Assembly (NCBI RefSeq): GCF_001194135.2
Contig: NC_069004.1
Location: forward strand, 33,394,491 to 33,450,590
DNA length: 56,100 nt
From: Octopus bimaculoides
Taxonomy: Eukaryota
Direction: 5' to 3'
Shown: positions 9,993-21,365 of the stretch, one piece after another
How positions within the stretch are numbered: position 1 is the stretch's first letter
Layout of the letters: every line of letters begins with the position of its first letter
Program-made: the position numbers and the translations under genes
The notes under the pieces: generated by a model
Told to the model about the DNA's origin: nothing
The model's database searches: none
Seen by the model: only the letters and a program-made list of their open reading frames with translations

Positions 9993-11219
9993 AATGGACA
10001 GGCATTAAAATAATGAAATGACAGTAGTACACAAGAGAAGAAAAAAAAATATATATATATATAGTGTGTGTTTGTGTTTATTTGGCAAAAAAAAAAAGGA
10101 TAATAATAATAAATAAAACAACCATCCTGAAGTACAACAATATCTGGTGATGATGATGATGAGGAGGAGGAGGAGGCAAACAATGTTGAAGAATGAACAA
10201 CTATATTATGGAATTATTAGGGGTCAGTTCATTTCATTATGTCAAGCTCATCATACATGTGTGTGTGTGAGGGTAACAAATGTGGTGGTGGGGAAGCCAT
10301 TGAATGATTCAATGATAACCAACAAGAGTAACCAAAGTAACTGATTCCTGGCACGAACAATGCAATAGGAGGAATAACCTCTCTCTCTGAGCATTGACTG
10401 AATGGTTTGGATTATGTTTCTGAGAGTCTTTTATAGAATTTGGTTGGTAACAGAAGAAGGTTGGTGAGTACAAGTTGAAATGGTCTGCCGATAACAACAA
10501 GGATGGAAACATTAGTTCAGATATAATATAATATAGACAGACAGACAGACAAGTAGATAGATAGATAGATAGATAGAGACACAATCGGATAGATAGATAA
10601 AGTCCTTCATTAGAATCCTACTGTCATTTCACTGGCCATTTCCATCGTAGAATGGAAGAAGTGATGTAAAAAGTCTGTGAGTAAATGTTTACAATGAAGA
10701 TGTGTTTATTAAAGATATTTCGTTCCTAATTACCAAAACAAGATACAACTTTAATGGAATTTGAACTTTGGCCATCTTTAATTTTTTGAAATGGTAAAGA
10801 ATAAGAAGAATGTCTTTGATTGTTTGTCAGTATTTATTTGGAGACAGGAAGAACTGGATTCTGACATTTTAACTGGTCAATGAAATTTTAATGAATCATT
10901 TCATTTATAATGATTCAAACAAATATTTCATATTATTTGATGTTTCACCTCTATAATTACTTCATCATCAACATCATCGTCATCATAATCATTGTTGTTG
11001 TCACTGTCATCATCACCATGCTTGCATGGGTCTGACAAAATTCATTTCAGTGCATTTTCCACAGCCGGATGCTCTTCCTGTCACCAACCCTATTTTCTGT
11101 TTTCGAGCAAATTAAACATTTCCCTTTGCTCCAGACACCTTTCCATGGAAGTCTGCAAACAAATAACACTGTTCCTACGATGGTGATGTTCCTTTATGAT
11201 TAGTGTCTGATGTCAACAC

Positions 11220-11580
11220 ACACCTCACCTAGGTAATGGAAGCTATCAACTACTTCTAGTTTTTCCTCCCTGGCATGTGACAGAAGCTGTTTTCTCCACA
11301 TTTTCAGTGTTTATTGCCCGTGAGCATTTGCCACACACAAAAACTATCTTCCCAGTTAGCCTTCCTTTGATATTGCTGCACCTCTTATGTGTCCATAGCT
11401 TATACCGGGTACATCTTATAGAGTTTCTACCTACACCTTTTCTACAGATTGAGCAGGGCCATCTACCTGAAGGGATTTGTGATTTATTTGCCTTCCTACT
11501 TATTAAGACTTTGGCTTTTACTAGATTGACTCTAGACCTTGCTTCCACACATGAAACTTCTCCTCTAGTTCTGATAGTAA
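11220..11580 (-). mobile_element. RTE-clade LINE ORF2 fragment (RT C-terminal region with Cys/His-rich insert)
   Basis: LSELEEKFHVWKQGLE/VNLVKAKVLIS..WPCSICRKGVGRNSIRC..WTHKRCS..FVCGKC../KLEVVDSFHYLGE; frameshifted. Confidence 0.85.
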
Positions 11581-11659
11581 TTCAGCTAGTGTGCGTGTAT
11601 GTGTGTGATAAGAAGCTTGTTACCCAGTCACATGGTTCAAGGTTCTGTTCCACCATTAA

Positions 11660-12014
11660 CAAAAACCATGATAACAACAGCAACAACAAGAACAACACCA
11701 CAACCTGGCCAGTAACAACATCAACAACAACAATAACACTATCAATACCAACGCCACCACCACTGCCACCACCACCACCACTGCCACCACCACCACCACT
11801 GCTAAAACAGTATCCATAATATTTACATTGTTGTATTATAGAAGATGGTGTACAAACACTCCTCCTCCTCCTCCTCCTCCTCCAACTTCTTTTGGTGTAT
11901 TTTGTAGTAGTTGTTGTTGTTGTGGTAGTAGTGGTGGTGGTGGTGGTGGGTGCTGATTTTGCCCAGCTGTTCCTACAAGCTGATGCCATCAGTACAACAG
12001 CAGCAAGAAGAATA

Positions 12015-12048
<34 letters not shown>

Positions 12049-12175
12049 TGGCTACTACAGGTCTGCTATTAACCATATGGCTCTCAGCTTTGCCAACAGG
12101 GGGTGGTGGGGGAAAACAAACTGTTGGAGAAATAGACAATGGTGGTGGTGGTGGTGATGATGGTAACAATAGCCA
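11660..12175. repeat. Trinucleotide simple repeats (CAA, CAC, CCT, GGT, TAC)
   Basis: Direct inspection. Confidence 0.9.
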
Positions 12176-12231
12176 TGTGACTTTGGCTTCAGCCATACAG
12201 ATAGACAGATCAACAAATGAATGGACAGACA

Positions 12232-12317
<86 letters not shown>

Positions 12318-12329
12318 CTATCTATCATT

Positions 12330-12525
12330 CTGTTTGTCGTTCCAGATTTCAAAAAGGGAAACAAATCTCTTGCAGTGAGCTACTCTCCCATTTCACTCAC
12401 CTCTTGTATCAATAAAGTATTTGAGATAGTGGTGAGATCACGAATAACTCACTTCCTCAAAGACAACAATCTGCTGAACCCCAACCAGTATGGTTTCTGT
12501 GATGGCAGGGACTGCCTGTTGCAGC
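12330..12525 (+). mobile_element. CR1/L2-group LINE reverse transcriptase N-terminal fragment
   Basis: VVPDFKKGNKSLAVSYSPISLTSCINKVFEIVVRSRITHFLKDNNLLNPNQYGFCDGRDCLLQL matches PIFKKG..YRPISLTS..KVFE..QHGFR..C.TQL. Confidence 0.85.
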
Positions 12526-12589
12526 TAAGTGGAGTTGCAGTAGAGAAGTAGGTGTTTTTATGACAGGTGTTGCGAGCTGCAGTATAATA

Positions 12590-12897
12590 ATCTGACCCTC
12601 CATCAGTTACAACAATTGTTCCAGTTGATCCGATCAATGGAACAGCCTCCTCGTGAAATTTAATGTGCAAGTGGTTGGACACTCCATAGACATGCATGTG
12701 ACACGGAAGGTGAACAATGTGACACGGAAGGTGAACAAAACTGGCCCTTTGAAACACATCTACAGCTTATTTTTACCAACTGAGAGGACTGGAGGAACAG
12801 GAAATAGTGTCTCACTCAAGGACACAATGTGTAGCTGGGAATTGAACTCATGATTTTTATGATTGCGAACAGAAAACCTTAACCATTGAGTCATATG
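12590..12897 (-). mobile_element. SINE family D with an internal 21-bp tandem duplication
   Basis: Reverse complement is colinear with 30378-30699; TGTGACACGGAAGGTGAACAA occurs twice in tandem. Confidence 0.75.
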
Positions 12898-13119
12898 TCT
12901 TCATTTTATACAATATAATTATTTCTTTATTGCCCACAGAAGGCTAAACATAGAGGGAACAAACAAGGACAGACAAAGGGATTAGGTCTTTGACTAAAAG
13001 GCAGTGCTCCAACTTGGCCACAGTCAAACGGCTGAAACAAGTAAAAGAACATGTGTGTGTGTTTATTTAATGGTACATAGAGGACAAGCGATATGGCCCT
13101 GTGGGTAGGAAGGAATTTC

Positions 13120-13300
13120 AACTCCAGACTCAGAGATGTTATTAAAACCAAATTCCAAGAAAAGAACCATCAGTTATTCCAATGACACAGATGGTCACAT
13201 ATTTAACAAGTTGCCGGAGGAATCGGCAGAAAAATCTGGGAATCTCTTTTAATGTGGGATAGATTGAGATTGATGTCTTAAAAGATAGGACGAGGAAGAA
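13120..13300 (+). mobile_element. Possible 3' fragment of the same CR1/L2-group LINE
   Basis: FNSRL../HIFNKLPEES..LF..ID..L resembles the G.LFNxLP..FK..LD C-terminus; heavily decayed. Confidence 0.35.
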
Positions 13301-13429
13301 TGGGGGTGGGTAGGGCGTTAGAAGTTCATTCATCTTGCCATTCTTGTACATCAGCTTCTAGGAAGCTTCTAGAGACATCTAGGTGAATATTTTGCATTAT
13401 ATAATATTTGTGTACTATATCTATGAATG

Positions 13430-13735
13430 TGTGTGTGTGTGTGTGAGGAGGTAGGCAGTGGACCGTGTCGGCAAAAATTTGTTCTTTAAAGTTGAAAGTT
13501 CTCTTTTATTTTATTTTATTTTTCTTTTTCTTCTCTTTTGATGGTGGATCAATCACAAAACATCTCATTCCTCTTCTCCTACTAACATGTTCACGACATT
13601 TTGGCATATTTATATATGTACATATATATATATATATATATATATACACATGCATATATATATATGCATATATATATATATATATATATATGATATATTT
13701 GTATATGTATATGTGTGTGTGTATATAAAAACTGA

Positions 13736-13782
<47 letters not shown>

Positions 13783-13838
13783 TGTACATATGTATATGTA
13801 TGCACACTCATGACTTTTGACCTTTATTTTATATATAC

Positions 13839-13895
<57 letters not shown>

Positions 13896-14060
13896 GGGGA
13901 GGGAGAAGAAAGAGAAAGAAAGAGTGAGGGAAAGGCGTATACACAAACACGTGTACATAAATATACGTATACATAAAAATATGTGTATGTATATATAAAA
14001 ACTGATATATATGAATATAAATATGTGTGTGTGTATATATATATGTATATAATTTTTTAT

Positions 14061-14105
<45 letters not shown>

Positions 14106-14770
14106 TTTCAAGGTGGTAGATGGGGTGAGAGGAGTGAGGTGTGAGTATCGGGTAGCAAGGTAAACATGTCTTCACACCCAACACACAGAGATGCCAATCC
14201 TTGATAGCAGTCACTACTACTTCCAGGAACTATTTTGGTTCTGGAAACATTCTTGAAATGTTGAAATGTTGATGTATACATTGTTGTTGCTGTTGTTGTT
14301 GTTGTTGTTCTTGCTATTACTGCTCCTGCTGTTCTTCTTCTTCTTCTTCTTCTTTTTCTTCTTCTTCTTCTTTTTTTTCTTCTTTTTCTTCTTCTTCTTC
14401 TTCTTCTTCTTCTTCTTTGTCTTCTTCAACACCACAACAGCAACCACTCCCCCCACATTTCCACCCCCCACCACCACCATCACAGTAACTGCAACCACCA
14501 ATTCTACCACAATCACTACCATCACCACTACAATTACCACCACTTCCAATACAACCACCGCAACCACCACCAAAAACAACACTGCCACCACCACAATCAC
14601 CACTACCATCCAAACCACTGCCACCAGCACCACCACCATTGCAACCACCACCACCACAACCACCACCACCATACCACCATGTCTTAGCTGTTGTGCTATG
14701 TCCAGAGCCTCATCTTTCCCTTCCATTTCCACCAATGCTCCACCGCTTCCAGTGTTAAATGACAACTGAG
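13430..14770. repeat. Compound (TA)n/(CA)n/(TTC)n/(ACC)n microsatellite block
   Basis: Direct inspection. Confidence 0.95.
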
Positions 14771-14975
14771 TTGTAACCCAGGATTGAACCATGATTCTTC
14801 ACCTTCTCCTTCGTTCTCTCTAACTGTCCCACTGTCTGTCTAGCTTCATTCATCTTTTATATATCCCCTCCATATAATATACACCCTTTATTTCATATAC
14901 TGCTCTTCTATATTATATACATCCTTCTATGCATTATATACATATGTGCATAGATAATGCATATATGTGTATATC

Positions 14976-15013
<38 letters not shown>

Positions 15014-15021
15014 TATATATC

Positions 15022-15300
15022 ATCATCATTGTTTAACGTCCGTTTTCCATGCTGGTATAGGTTGGACGGTTTGACTGAGGACTGGGAAGCCAGGAGGCTG
15101 CACCAGGCTCCAATCTGATCTGGCAGAGTTTCTACAGCTGGATGCCCTTCCTAACGCCAACCACTCTGAGAATGTAGTGGCTGCTTCTTTACGTGCCACC
15201 GACACAGGGGCCAGAGGGAGCTGGCATCGACCATGATTGGATGGTGGTTTTTACGTGCCATCGGCACAGGAGCCAGTCAGGGCAGCGCTGGCACCAATAA
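15022..15300 (-). mobile_element. SINE/LINE family C copy
   Basis: (CAT)n start on + and GGATGCCCTTCCTAACGCCAACCAC core. Confidence 0.85.
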
Positions 15301-15656
15301 CTACAGGGGGGATCTCACTGATGTCACTCATGGCAAAGATCCTACAACACCTTAACCCCTGGGCCATGTATCACATATATTGTTATCTCCCCCGGATAAG
15401 TTTGTTGTTATGTTAATGTTTGCATTTCGTTTTGCAGCTTGTTGGGGATGGTTCACTTCTGGTTTGTATCTGGGACAGATGTTGTTTTGTCTTCTGACCA
15501 GCCAGTCATGTATTTTTGCGTCCATCCGTGCCTCAGAGAATGGCTGTCATCCCTGAATGATTTTTGGTTGTTTTGTGTTGCTTTGTGTCGGTGTGGCCAA
15601 TTTTGCTGCTTCTGTGGTGGTGAGCTGACGGTCTTTTTTCTGCAGTTGCTGCTTTG

Positions 15657-15887
15657 TGTAGAAATCTAGGCAGGCAGGGTCAGAATCACCATTGTAACAA
15701 TAAAGATAAACAATGTCTTAAACTTTGGAGCCATTTATTTCCTACTCATACATACACTTATATGTGGACGTGGCAGACGTACACATCGAGATGTATGAGA
15801 AGAAAATAAATGGCTCCAAAGTTTAAACCATTGTTCATCTTTATTGTCACAGGGGTGATTGTGACCCCGACCGCCTAGATTTCTACA
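15657..15887. mobile_element. 231-bp foldback MITE (97-bp arms, 37-nt spacer)
   Basis: TGTAGAAATCTAGGC..AAACTTTGGAGCCATTTATTT..CTCATACAT pairs with ATGTATGAG..AAATAAATGGCTCCAAAGTTT..GCCTAGATTTCTACA. Confidence 0.85.
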
Positions 15888-15940
15888 TGAAACAACACCA
15901 TACATATACATTTACACACATATATACATATATATATATA

Positions 15941-16328
15941 TACTCTTACTCTTTTACTTGTTTCAGTCATTTGACTGCGGCCATGCTGGAGCACCGCCTT
16001 TAGTCGAGCAAATCGACCCCGGGATTTATTCTTTGTAAGCCTAGAACTTATTCTATCGGTCTCTTTTGCCGAACCGCTAAGTTACAGGGACGTAAACACA
16101 CCAGCATCGGTGGTCAAGCGATGGTGGGGGGACAAACACAGACACACAAACACGCATACATATACATATATACGACAGGCTTCTTTCAGTTTCCGCCTAC
16201 CAAATCCACTCACAAGGCTTTGGTCGTCCTGAGGCTATAGTAGAAGACACTTGCCCAAGGTGCCATGCAGTGGGACTGAACCTGGTACCATGTGGTTGGG
16301 AATTAAGCTTCCTACCACCCAGCCACAC
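15941..16328 (-). mobile_element. SINE family A, full length
   Basis: tRNA-like head, central CTTGGGCAAGTGTCTTC domain, internal (TA/TG)n, tail GGCCGCAGTCAAATGACTGAAACAAGTAAAAGAGTAAGAG. Confidence 0.9.
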
Positions 16329-16479
16329 CTATGCTTTAGTCCCCTTCCTGTGCAAAGTGTTACAAGCACTTTTATTTATCCTTTATTTTTTTGCTTCATC
16401 ATGTTTGTTTTTTTTTCCATACATTTCTTATTTTTTGTCTTCTTTCTTAATCATATTCTTCAGTCTTTAGTCTTTTGTC

Positions 16480-17330
16480 TTCTCTATTCTTTTTCTTCTT
16501 CTTCTTCAACTTTTCCTACCTTTGCATTATCTCATTTTACAATGTTGTCTCTTCTTTCTTCTTCCTTCTTCTTCTTCTTCTCCCCCCCTCCTCATCTCCT
16601 AGTCCTTCATCCTCCTCTTTTCCGTCATCTCCTCCACTTCATCACCGTCAACGTCACCATCATCATCATCATCATCATCAACACCATCATCATCTAGTTT
16701 CCTCACCTTCTTCCTCCTAATCTCAAATAATCTCTCGTTAGTAATTCTTTCAAAAGCCACACCCAAACACAATCCTATCTCACCCCACCCACCCCCTTCC
16801 TTTTCGAACCCACTCAACACAACACATGCAGCACTATTTACCAAAACTACTGCGCCACCATTTCCGCCTCTTCATATTTGGCTCCTCCTCCTCCTCCTTC
16901 TTTTTTTTTCTTTCTCCCATTCTTCCCGTCCTGTTATATCTCCCGTTGGTGACCCACCCGTACCACTGGTATCTTACTAATTTCACTGATAACTGCCTTT
17001 TCTTTCAACAACTAGTTTCAGTTTTGCTTTCTTTTTTGTTTTTAAAAGAGATATTTTGGTGATGGTAGTGGTGGTGGCGGTGGCGGTTGGCAGTGACGAT
17101 GATGATGATGATGACAGTGACAATGATGGTGATAATGATGTTGATGATGATGGTGATGATGATAGTGGTGGTAGTGATGACGATGGCAGTGGTGGTAATG
17201 GTGGTGGTGGTGATGGGGTGTGGGGGCGGAAGCAACCAGTGACGATGATGGTGGTGGCGGTGGTGGCGAGGGTAGTCGGATGGATGGTGATGAGATAAGG
17301 AGTTTGGGTTGGGTATGCATTGGAGATGGT
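16480..17330. repeat. (TTC)/(CAT)/(GGT)/(GAT) simple-repeat region leading into a gap
   Basis: Direct inspection. Confidence 0.9.
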
Positions 17331-18181
17331 NNNNNNNNNNNNNNNNNNNNNNNNNNNNNNNNNNNNNNNNNNNNNNNNNNNNNNNNNNNNNNNNNNNNNN
17401 NNNNNNNNNNNNNNNNNNNNNNNNNNNNNNNNNNNNNNNNNNNNNNNNNNNNNNNNNNNNNNNNNNNNNNNNNNNNNNNNNNNNNNNNNNNNNNNNNNNN
17501 NNNNNNNNNNNNNNNNNNNNNNNNNNNNNNNNNNNNNNNNNNNNNNNNNNNNNNNNNNNNNNNNNNNNNNNNNNNNNNNNNNNNNNNNNNNNNNNNNNNN
17601 NNNNNNNNNNNNNNNNNNNNNNNNNNNNNNNNNNNNNNNNNNNNNNNNNNNNNNNNNNNNNNNNNNNNNNNNNNNNNNNNNNNNNNNNNNNNNNNNNNNN
17701 NNNNNNNNNNNNNNNNNNNNNNNNNNNNNNNNNNNNNNNNNNNNNNNNNNNNNNNNNNNNNNNNNNNNNNNNNNNNNNNNNNNNNNNNNNNNNNNNNNNN
17801 NNNNNNNNNNNNNNNNNNNNNNNNNNNNNNNNNNNNNNNNNNNNNNNNNNNNNNNNNNNNNNNNNNNNNNNNNNNNNNNNNNNNNNNNNNNNNNNNNNNN
17901 NNNNNNNNNNNNNNNNNNNNNNNNNNNNNNNNNNNNNNNNNNNNNNNNNNNNNNNNNNNNNNNNNNNNNNNNNNNNNNNNNNNNNNNNNNNNNNNNNNNN
18001 NNNNNNNNNNNNNNNNNNNNNNNNNNNNNNNNNNNNNNNNNNNNNNNNATTGGTGGTGGTGGTGATGATGATGATGATGATGACGATGACAACGATGACA
18101 ATGATGATGATGGTTTGTTGTTTTGAACCTTGTTTTTATTTTTGTTTTTACTTTTTAATTTACAGCCAACCTCCATTCAAG

Positions 18182-18283
18182 ATGTCAACCAAAAAGAGCC
18201 GAAAGGGAAAGCGGAACCGCACTCAGCGGTACACGTCCAATGTGTTTGCCATGTTCAACCAAGCACAAATTCAGGAATTCAAG
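18182..18283 (+). CDS. MYL9/MYL12 (sqh): Myosin regulatory light chain, non-muscle/smooth type, coding exon 1
   Basis: MSTKKSRKGKRNRTQRYTSNVFAMFNQAQIQEFK; acceptor TTTACAG at 18165, donor GT at 18284, phase 0. Confidence 0.95.
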
Positions 18284-18394
18284 GTTGGTAAAACAATCAA
18301 TCATGGTTTCCCTTTGTCTTTTATTTTTTTTTTTTTACTTGTTTTAGGTATTGGTGGTGGTGGTGATGATGATGATGATGATAATCCTTTCTAC

Positions 18395-18510
18395 TAAAAG
18401 CACAAAGCCTGAAATTTTGTGGGGAGGGGACCAGTCGCTTACATTGACCCCAGTGTTTCACTGGTACTTATTTTATCGCCCTTAAAAAGATGAAAGATAA
18501 GTCGGCCGTA
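18395..18510 (-). mobile_element. SINE family B remnant in MRLC intron 1
   Basis: GACCCCAGTGTTTCACTGGTACTTATTTTATC core. Confidence 0.65.
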
Positions 18511-18543
18511 TAACAATAATTATGATAATAATTTCTGTTGCAG

Positions 18544-18784
18544 GAAGCTTTCAACATAATTGATCAGAACAGAGATGGTTATGTTGACAGAGATGATTTG
18601 CTGGACATCCAGACATCTCTTGGCAAAAACCCCACAGAAGATGAGGCTGATATGATGATTAACCAAGCCCCTGGTCCTATCAATTTCACAATGTTCCTTA
18701 CATTGTTCGGTGAAAAACTTAATGGTACAGACCCTGAAGATGTGATCAAAAATGCTTTCGCTTGTTTCGATTTTGAAAATTCAG
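18544..18784 (+). CDS. MYL9/MYL12 (sqh): Myosin regulatory light chain, coding exon 2 (EF-hand 1 [12 protein letters not shown])
   Basis: [46 protein letters not shown]; TTGCAG acceptor, G/GTAAAC donor, phase 1. Confidence 0.97.
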
Positions 18785-18854
18785 GTAAACATGCTTTGAG
18801 CTTTTGCTTTGTTTTTTTTATTATTAAATTTCTGTAGCTGGGTGGTTCTCAACT

Positions 18855-18978
18855 GGGGTTCGCATGAGCCTTGGAGTTCCACATGAGCCTTGGGGTCTAC
18901 ATGAGGCTTGGGCATCCACATGAACTTTGGGGGTCGACATGAGCCTTGGGGGTTCACATGAACCTCTGGGGTCCACTG
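18855..18978. repeat. About 20-bp minisatellite (CATGAGCCTTGGGGTCCA-like, about 6-7 copies) in MRLC intron 2
   Basis: Direct inspection; begins after GTGGTTCTCAACTGGGG, which resembles the MITE ends at 39437 and 40327. Confidence 0.8.
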
Positions 18979-19079
18979 CATGGTGCCTTGGGCAAGTATC
19001 TTATACAATAGCCCCTATCTTACCGATGCCTTGTGCACAGATTTGATTGATGGAAACTGAGAGAAACCTTTATATATAT

Positions 19080-19450
19080 ATCATCATCATCATCATCGTT
19101 TAACGTCTGCCTTCCATGCTGGCATGGGTTGGACGATTTGACTGAGGACTGGTGAAACCAGATGGCTACACCAGGCTCCAATCTAATTTGGCAGAGTTTC
19201 TACAGCTAGATGCCCTTCCTAACGCCAACCACTCCGAGAGTGTAGTGGGTGCTTTTACGTGCCACCAGCACGAAGGCCAGTAAGGAGGCACTGGCAACGG
19301 CCACACTCAAAATGGTGTATTTTACGTGCCACCCACACAAGAGCCAGTCCAGCGGCACTGGCAACGATCTTGCTCAAAAGTCCTTACACATGTCACAGGC
19401 ACAAGTGCCAGAAACGCGACGCTGGGCACAGGTGCCATCCCGATTTCGCT
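19080..19450 (-). mobile_element. SINE/LINE family C copy in MRLC intron 2
   Basis: Near-identical to 9472-9615, plus internal TTTTACGTGCCACC repeats. Confidence 0.9.
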
Positions 19451-19492
19451 TGAAACAATTTATTTCTCCTTTGCTTTTTCTCCCACTTTTAG

Positions 19493-19707
19493 GTCACATC
19501 AACGAAGACTATCTGCGAGAATGTCTGGTTACCATGGGAGACCGATGGTCCGAAGAAATGGTCGATGAGCTCTTCCACGGCGCTCCAATCAAAGGCGGCA
19601 AGTTTGATTACCTTGAGTTCACAAGAACTCTGAAACATGGTGCCAATGAGAAAGAAGATGAAATTCCCACAATACAGCAACCTCCAGTTAACCAATCAGA
19701 AACCTGA
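19493..19707 (+). CDS. MYL9/MYL12 (sqh): Myosin regulatory light chain, coding exon 3 (total 185 aa)
   Basis: [36 protein letters not shown]; polypyrimidine-AG acceptor at 19492, phase matches exon 2. Confidence 0.96.
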
Positions 19708-19774
19708 ACTGGTTTTTAGCTTTAATTATTTTTTTTTTTTTAACGAGGACTTTTATCTTTTTTTTTTTTCTTTT

Positions 19775-19780
19775 AATAAA
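19775..19780 (+). terminator. Candidate polyadenylation signal of MRLC
   Basis: AATAAA 68 nt after the stop codon, followed by a U-rich tract. Confidence 0.55.
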
Positions 19781-20049
19781 TCCATGAAATAACATTGTTT
19801 CTTTTGTTCTGTTTCAAAATTACCCGACAAAAGAGATGAGAAAGGAATGCAGCAAGTGGCAGGATCCAGGGTTAGTGACAACTCATCCAACCCATGCAGG
19901 CAAAGAAAAATGGATGTAAAATGATTATATCTTTTACCTTTTATTTATTTCAGCCATTAGACTGTGGCCATGCTGAGGTACCGCCTTGAAGAATTTTTAG
20001 TCGAATGAATCGATGCCAATACTTATATTTTTTCTATCATCATCATCAT

Positions 20050-20076
20050 CCGGAAACTGAAAGAAGCCCATTGTGT

Positions 20077-20115
<39 letters not shown>

Positions 20116-20453
20116 NNNNNNNNNNNNNNNNNNNNNNNNNNNNNNNNNNNNNNNNNNNNNNNNNNNNNNNNNNNNNNNNNNNNNNNNNNNNNNNNNNNNN
20201 NNNNNNNNNNNNNNNNNNNNNNNNNNNNNNNNNNNNNNNNNNNNNNNNNNNNNNNNNNNNNNNNNNNNNNNNNNNNNNNNNNNNNNNNNNNNNNNNNNNN
20301 NNNNNNNNNNNNNNNNNNNNNNNNNNNNNNNNNNNNNNNNNNNNNNNNNNNNNNNNNNNNNNNNNNNNNNNNNNNNNNNNNNNNNNNNNNNNNNNNNNNN
20401 NNNNNNNNNNNNNNNNNNNNNNNNNNNNNNNNNNNNNNNNNNNNNNNNNNNNN

Positions 20454-20489
<36 letters not shown>

Positions 20490-20610
20490 GTGCTTGTCCC
20501 CCCACCATTGCTTGACAACCGATGCTGGTGTGTTTATGTTTGACAAAGAACCCTTCAACGTGGTACTCCAGCATGGCCTCAGTGAAACGACTGAAACAAG
20601 TAAAAGAACA
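20050..20610 (+). mobile_element. SINE family A, deleted copy spanning a gap
   Basis: GGAAACTGAAAGAAGCCC..(TA)n gap (TG)n..CTTGACAACCGATGCTGG..ACTGAAACAAGTAAAAGA. Confidence 0.75.
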
Positions 20611-20659
20611 AAAGAATTAAAACAATGAAAGTTACAAAGAATTATAATAAAAATATGTA

Positions 20660-20669
20660 TTTATTTATT
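20660..20669 (-). terminator. Candidate polyadenylation signals of the Myb/SANT-like gene
   Basis: Overlapping TTTATT on + (AATAAA on -) about 900 nt after the stop codon. Confidence 0.35.
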
Positions 20670-20964
20670 TTTACAAGATTTTTCAACTTTATATTTTTCT
20701 CCTCCTCCTCCTCCTCCCCAACAACAGTTTTGATTCATATTATATAAAGTCACAACAGTCTCTCTCTCTCTCTTTTATAAATATATATATATATTTACAT
20801 TAAAATAGCCTTTTTTTTCTTTTAAATTTCACTTTTAATTTTCAAACTGACGAGTCTGTGTCGGAGCTTCACTGTGGTGACTAAAGCTGCTCAATAAAGG
20901 GAAAGGAAACAAATCCTTGTGTCTTTACAATGTAGACCATGCAAATCAGAGAACATTCATATAA

Positions 20965-21175
20965 TTATTGTTTAGCCCTAGGTCAGTCCTGACTGATTGA
21001 TTAGATCTATGATCAAAGGCATTTCAGATATGACCATCCTGTATTTTTTCTTTTTAACATTGTGTGTCTAGGACTACATTATCCAATGTGCTCTTTCTTT
21101 AAATTATGGTACGTAACGTGTAGAAGATTTAGCTGCTATTTCTAGCATATCAAGTAAACTACACAGAGACTGCCT
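20965..21175 (-). mobile_element. Short interspersed repeat family E
   Basis: Motifs TTAGCTGCTATTTCTAGCA, TAGGACTACATTATCCAATGTG and ATGATCAAAGGCAT recur at about 27455, 33170-33800, 47635 and 53180. Confidence 0.65.
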
Positions 21176-21365
21176 CCAATATATCTGCTGAATGTAAGAG
21201 TCAAATCTCTTTCAACAAACTTTTTAATCTTTCTGTCTTTTAAGTTGGTGAATCACGTATTTTGGTGTGACTATTTCTGAAGAATGCCTGGCACCACAGT
21301 CAAGACAACGCAGCTTTTGATAAAGTGCTGATCAAAGAATGGTGTCCCAGTGAAATAGATATGCT

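Larger units (their letters stand above)
9683..10146. mobile_element. Inverted-repeat (foldback) element with about 195-bp arms, Penelope pseudo-LTR-like
   Basis: Arms 9683-9879 and 9941-10146 are reverse complements (CAGATATTGTTGTACTTCAGGATGG.. / ..CCATCCTGAAGTACAACAATATCTG); each carries a hammerhead-like core; the left end is related to 24150-24190. Confidence 0.8.

Noticed and set aside
18340-18397. Acceptor-like TTTTAG followed by GGT/GAT repeats in MRLC intron 1 as an alternative exon
   Set aside because: Simple repeat, no donor, and it would disrupt the conserved QEFK-EAF junction.
19249-19492. N-terminal part of the 152-aa ORF upstream of MRLC exon 3
   Set aside because: It is family C repeat sequence in intron 2; MRLC homology starts at the 19493 acceptor.
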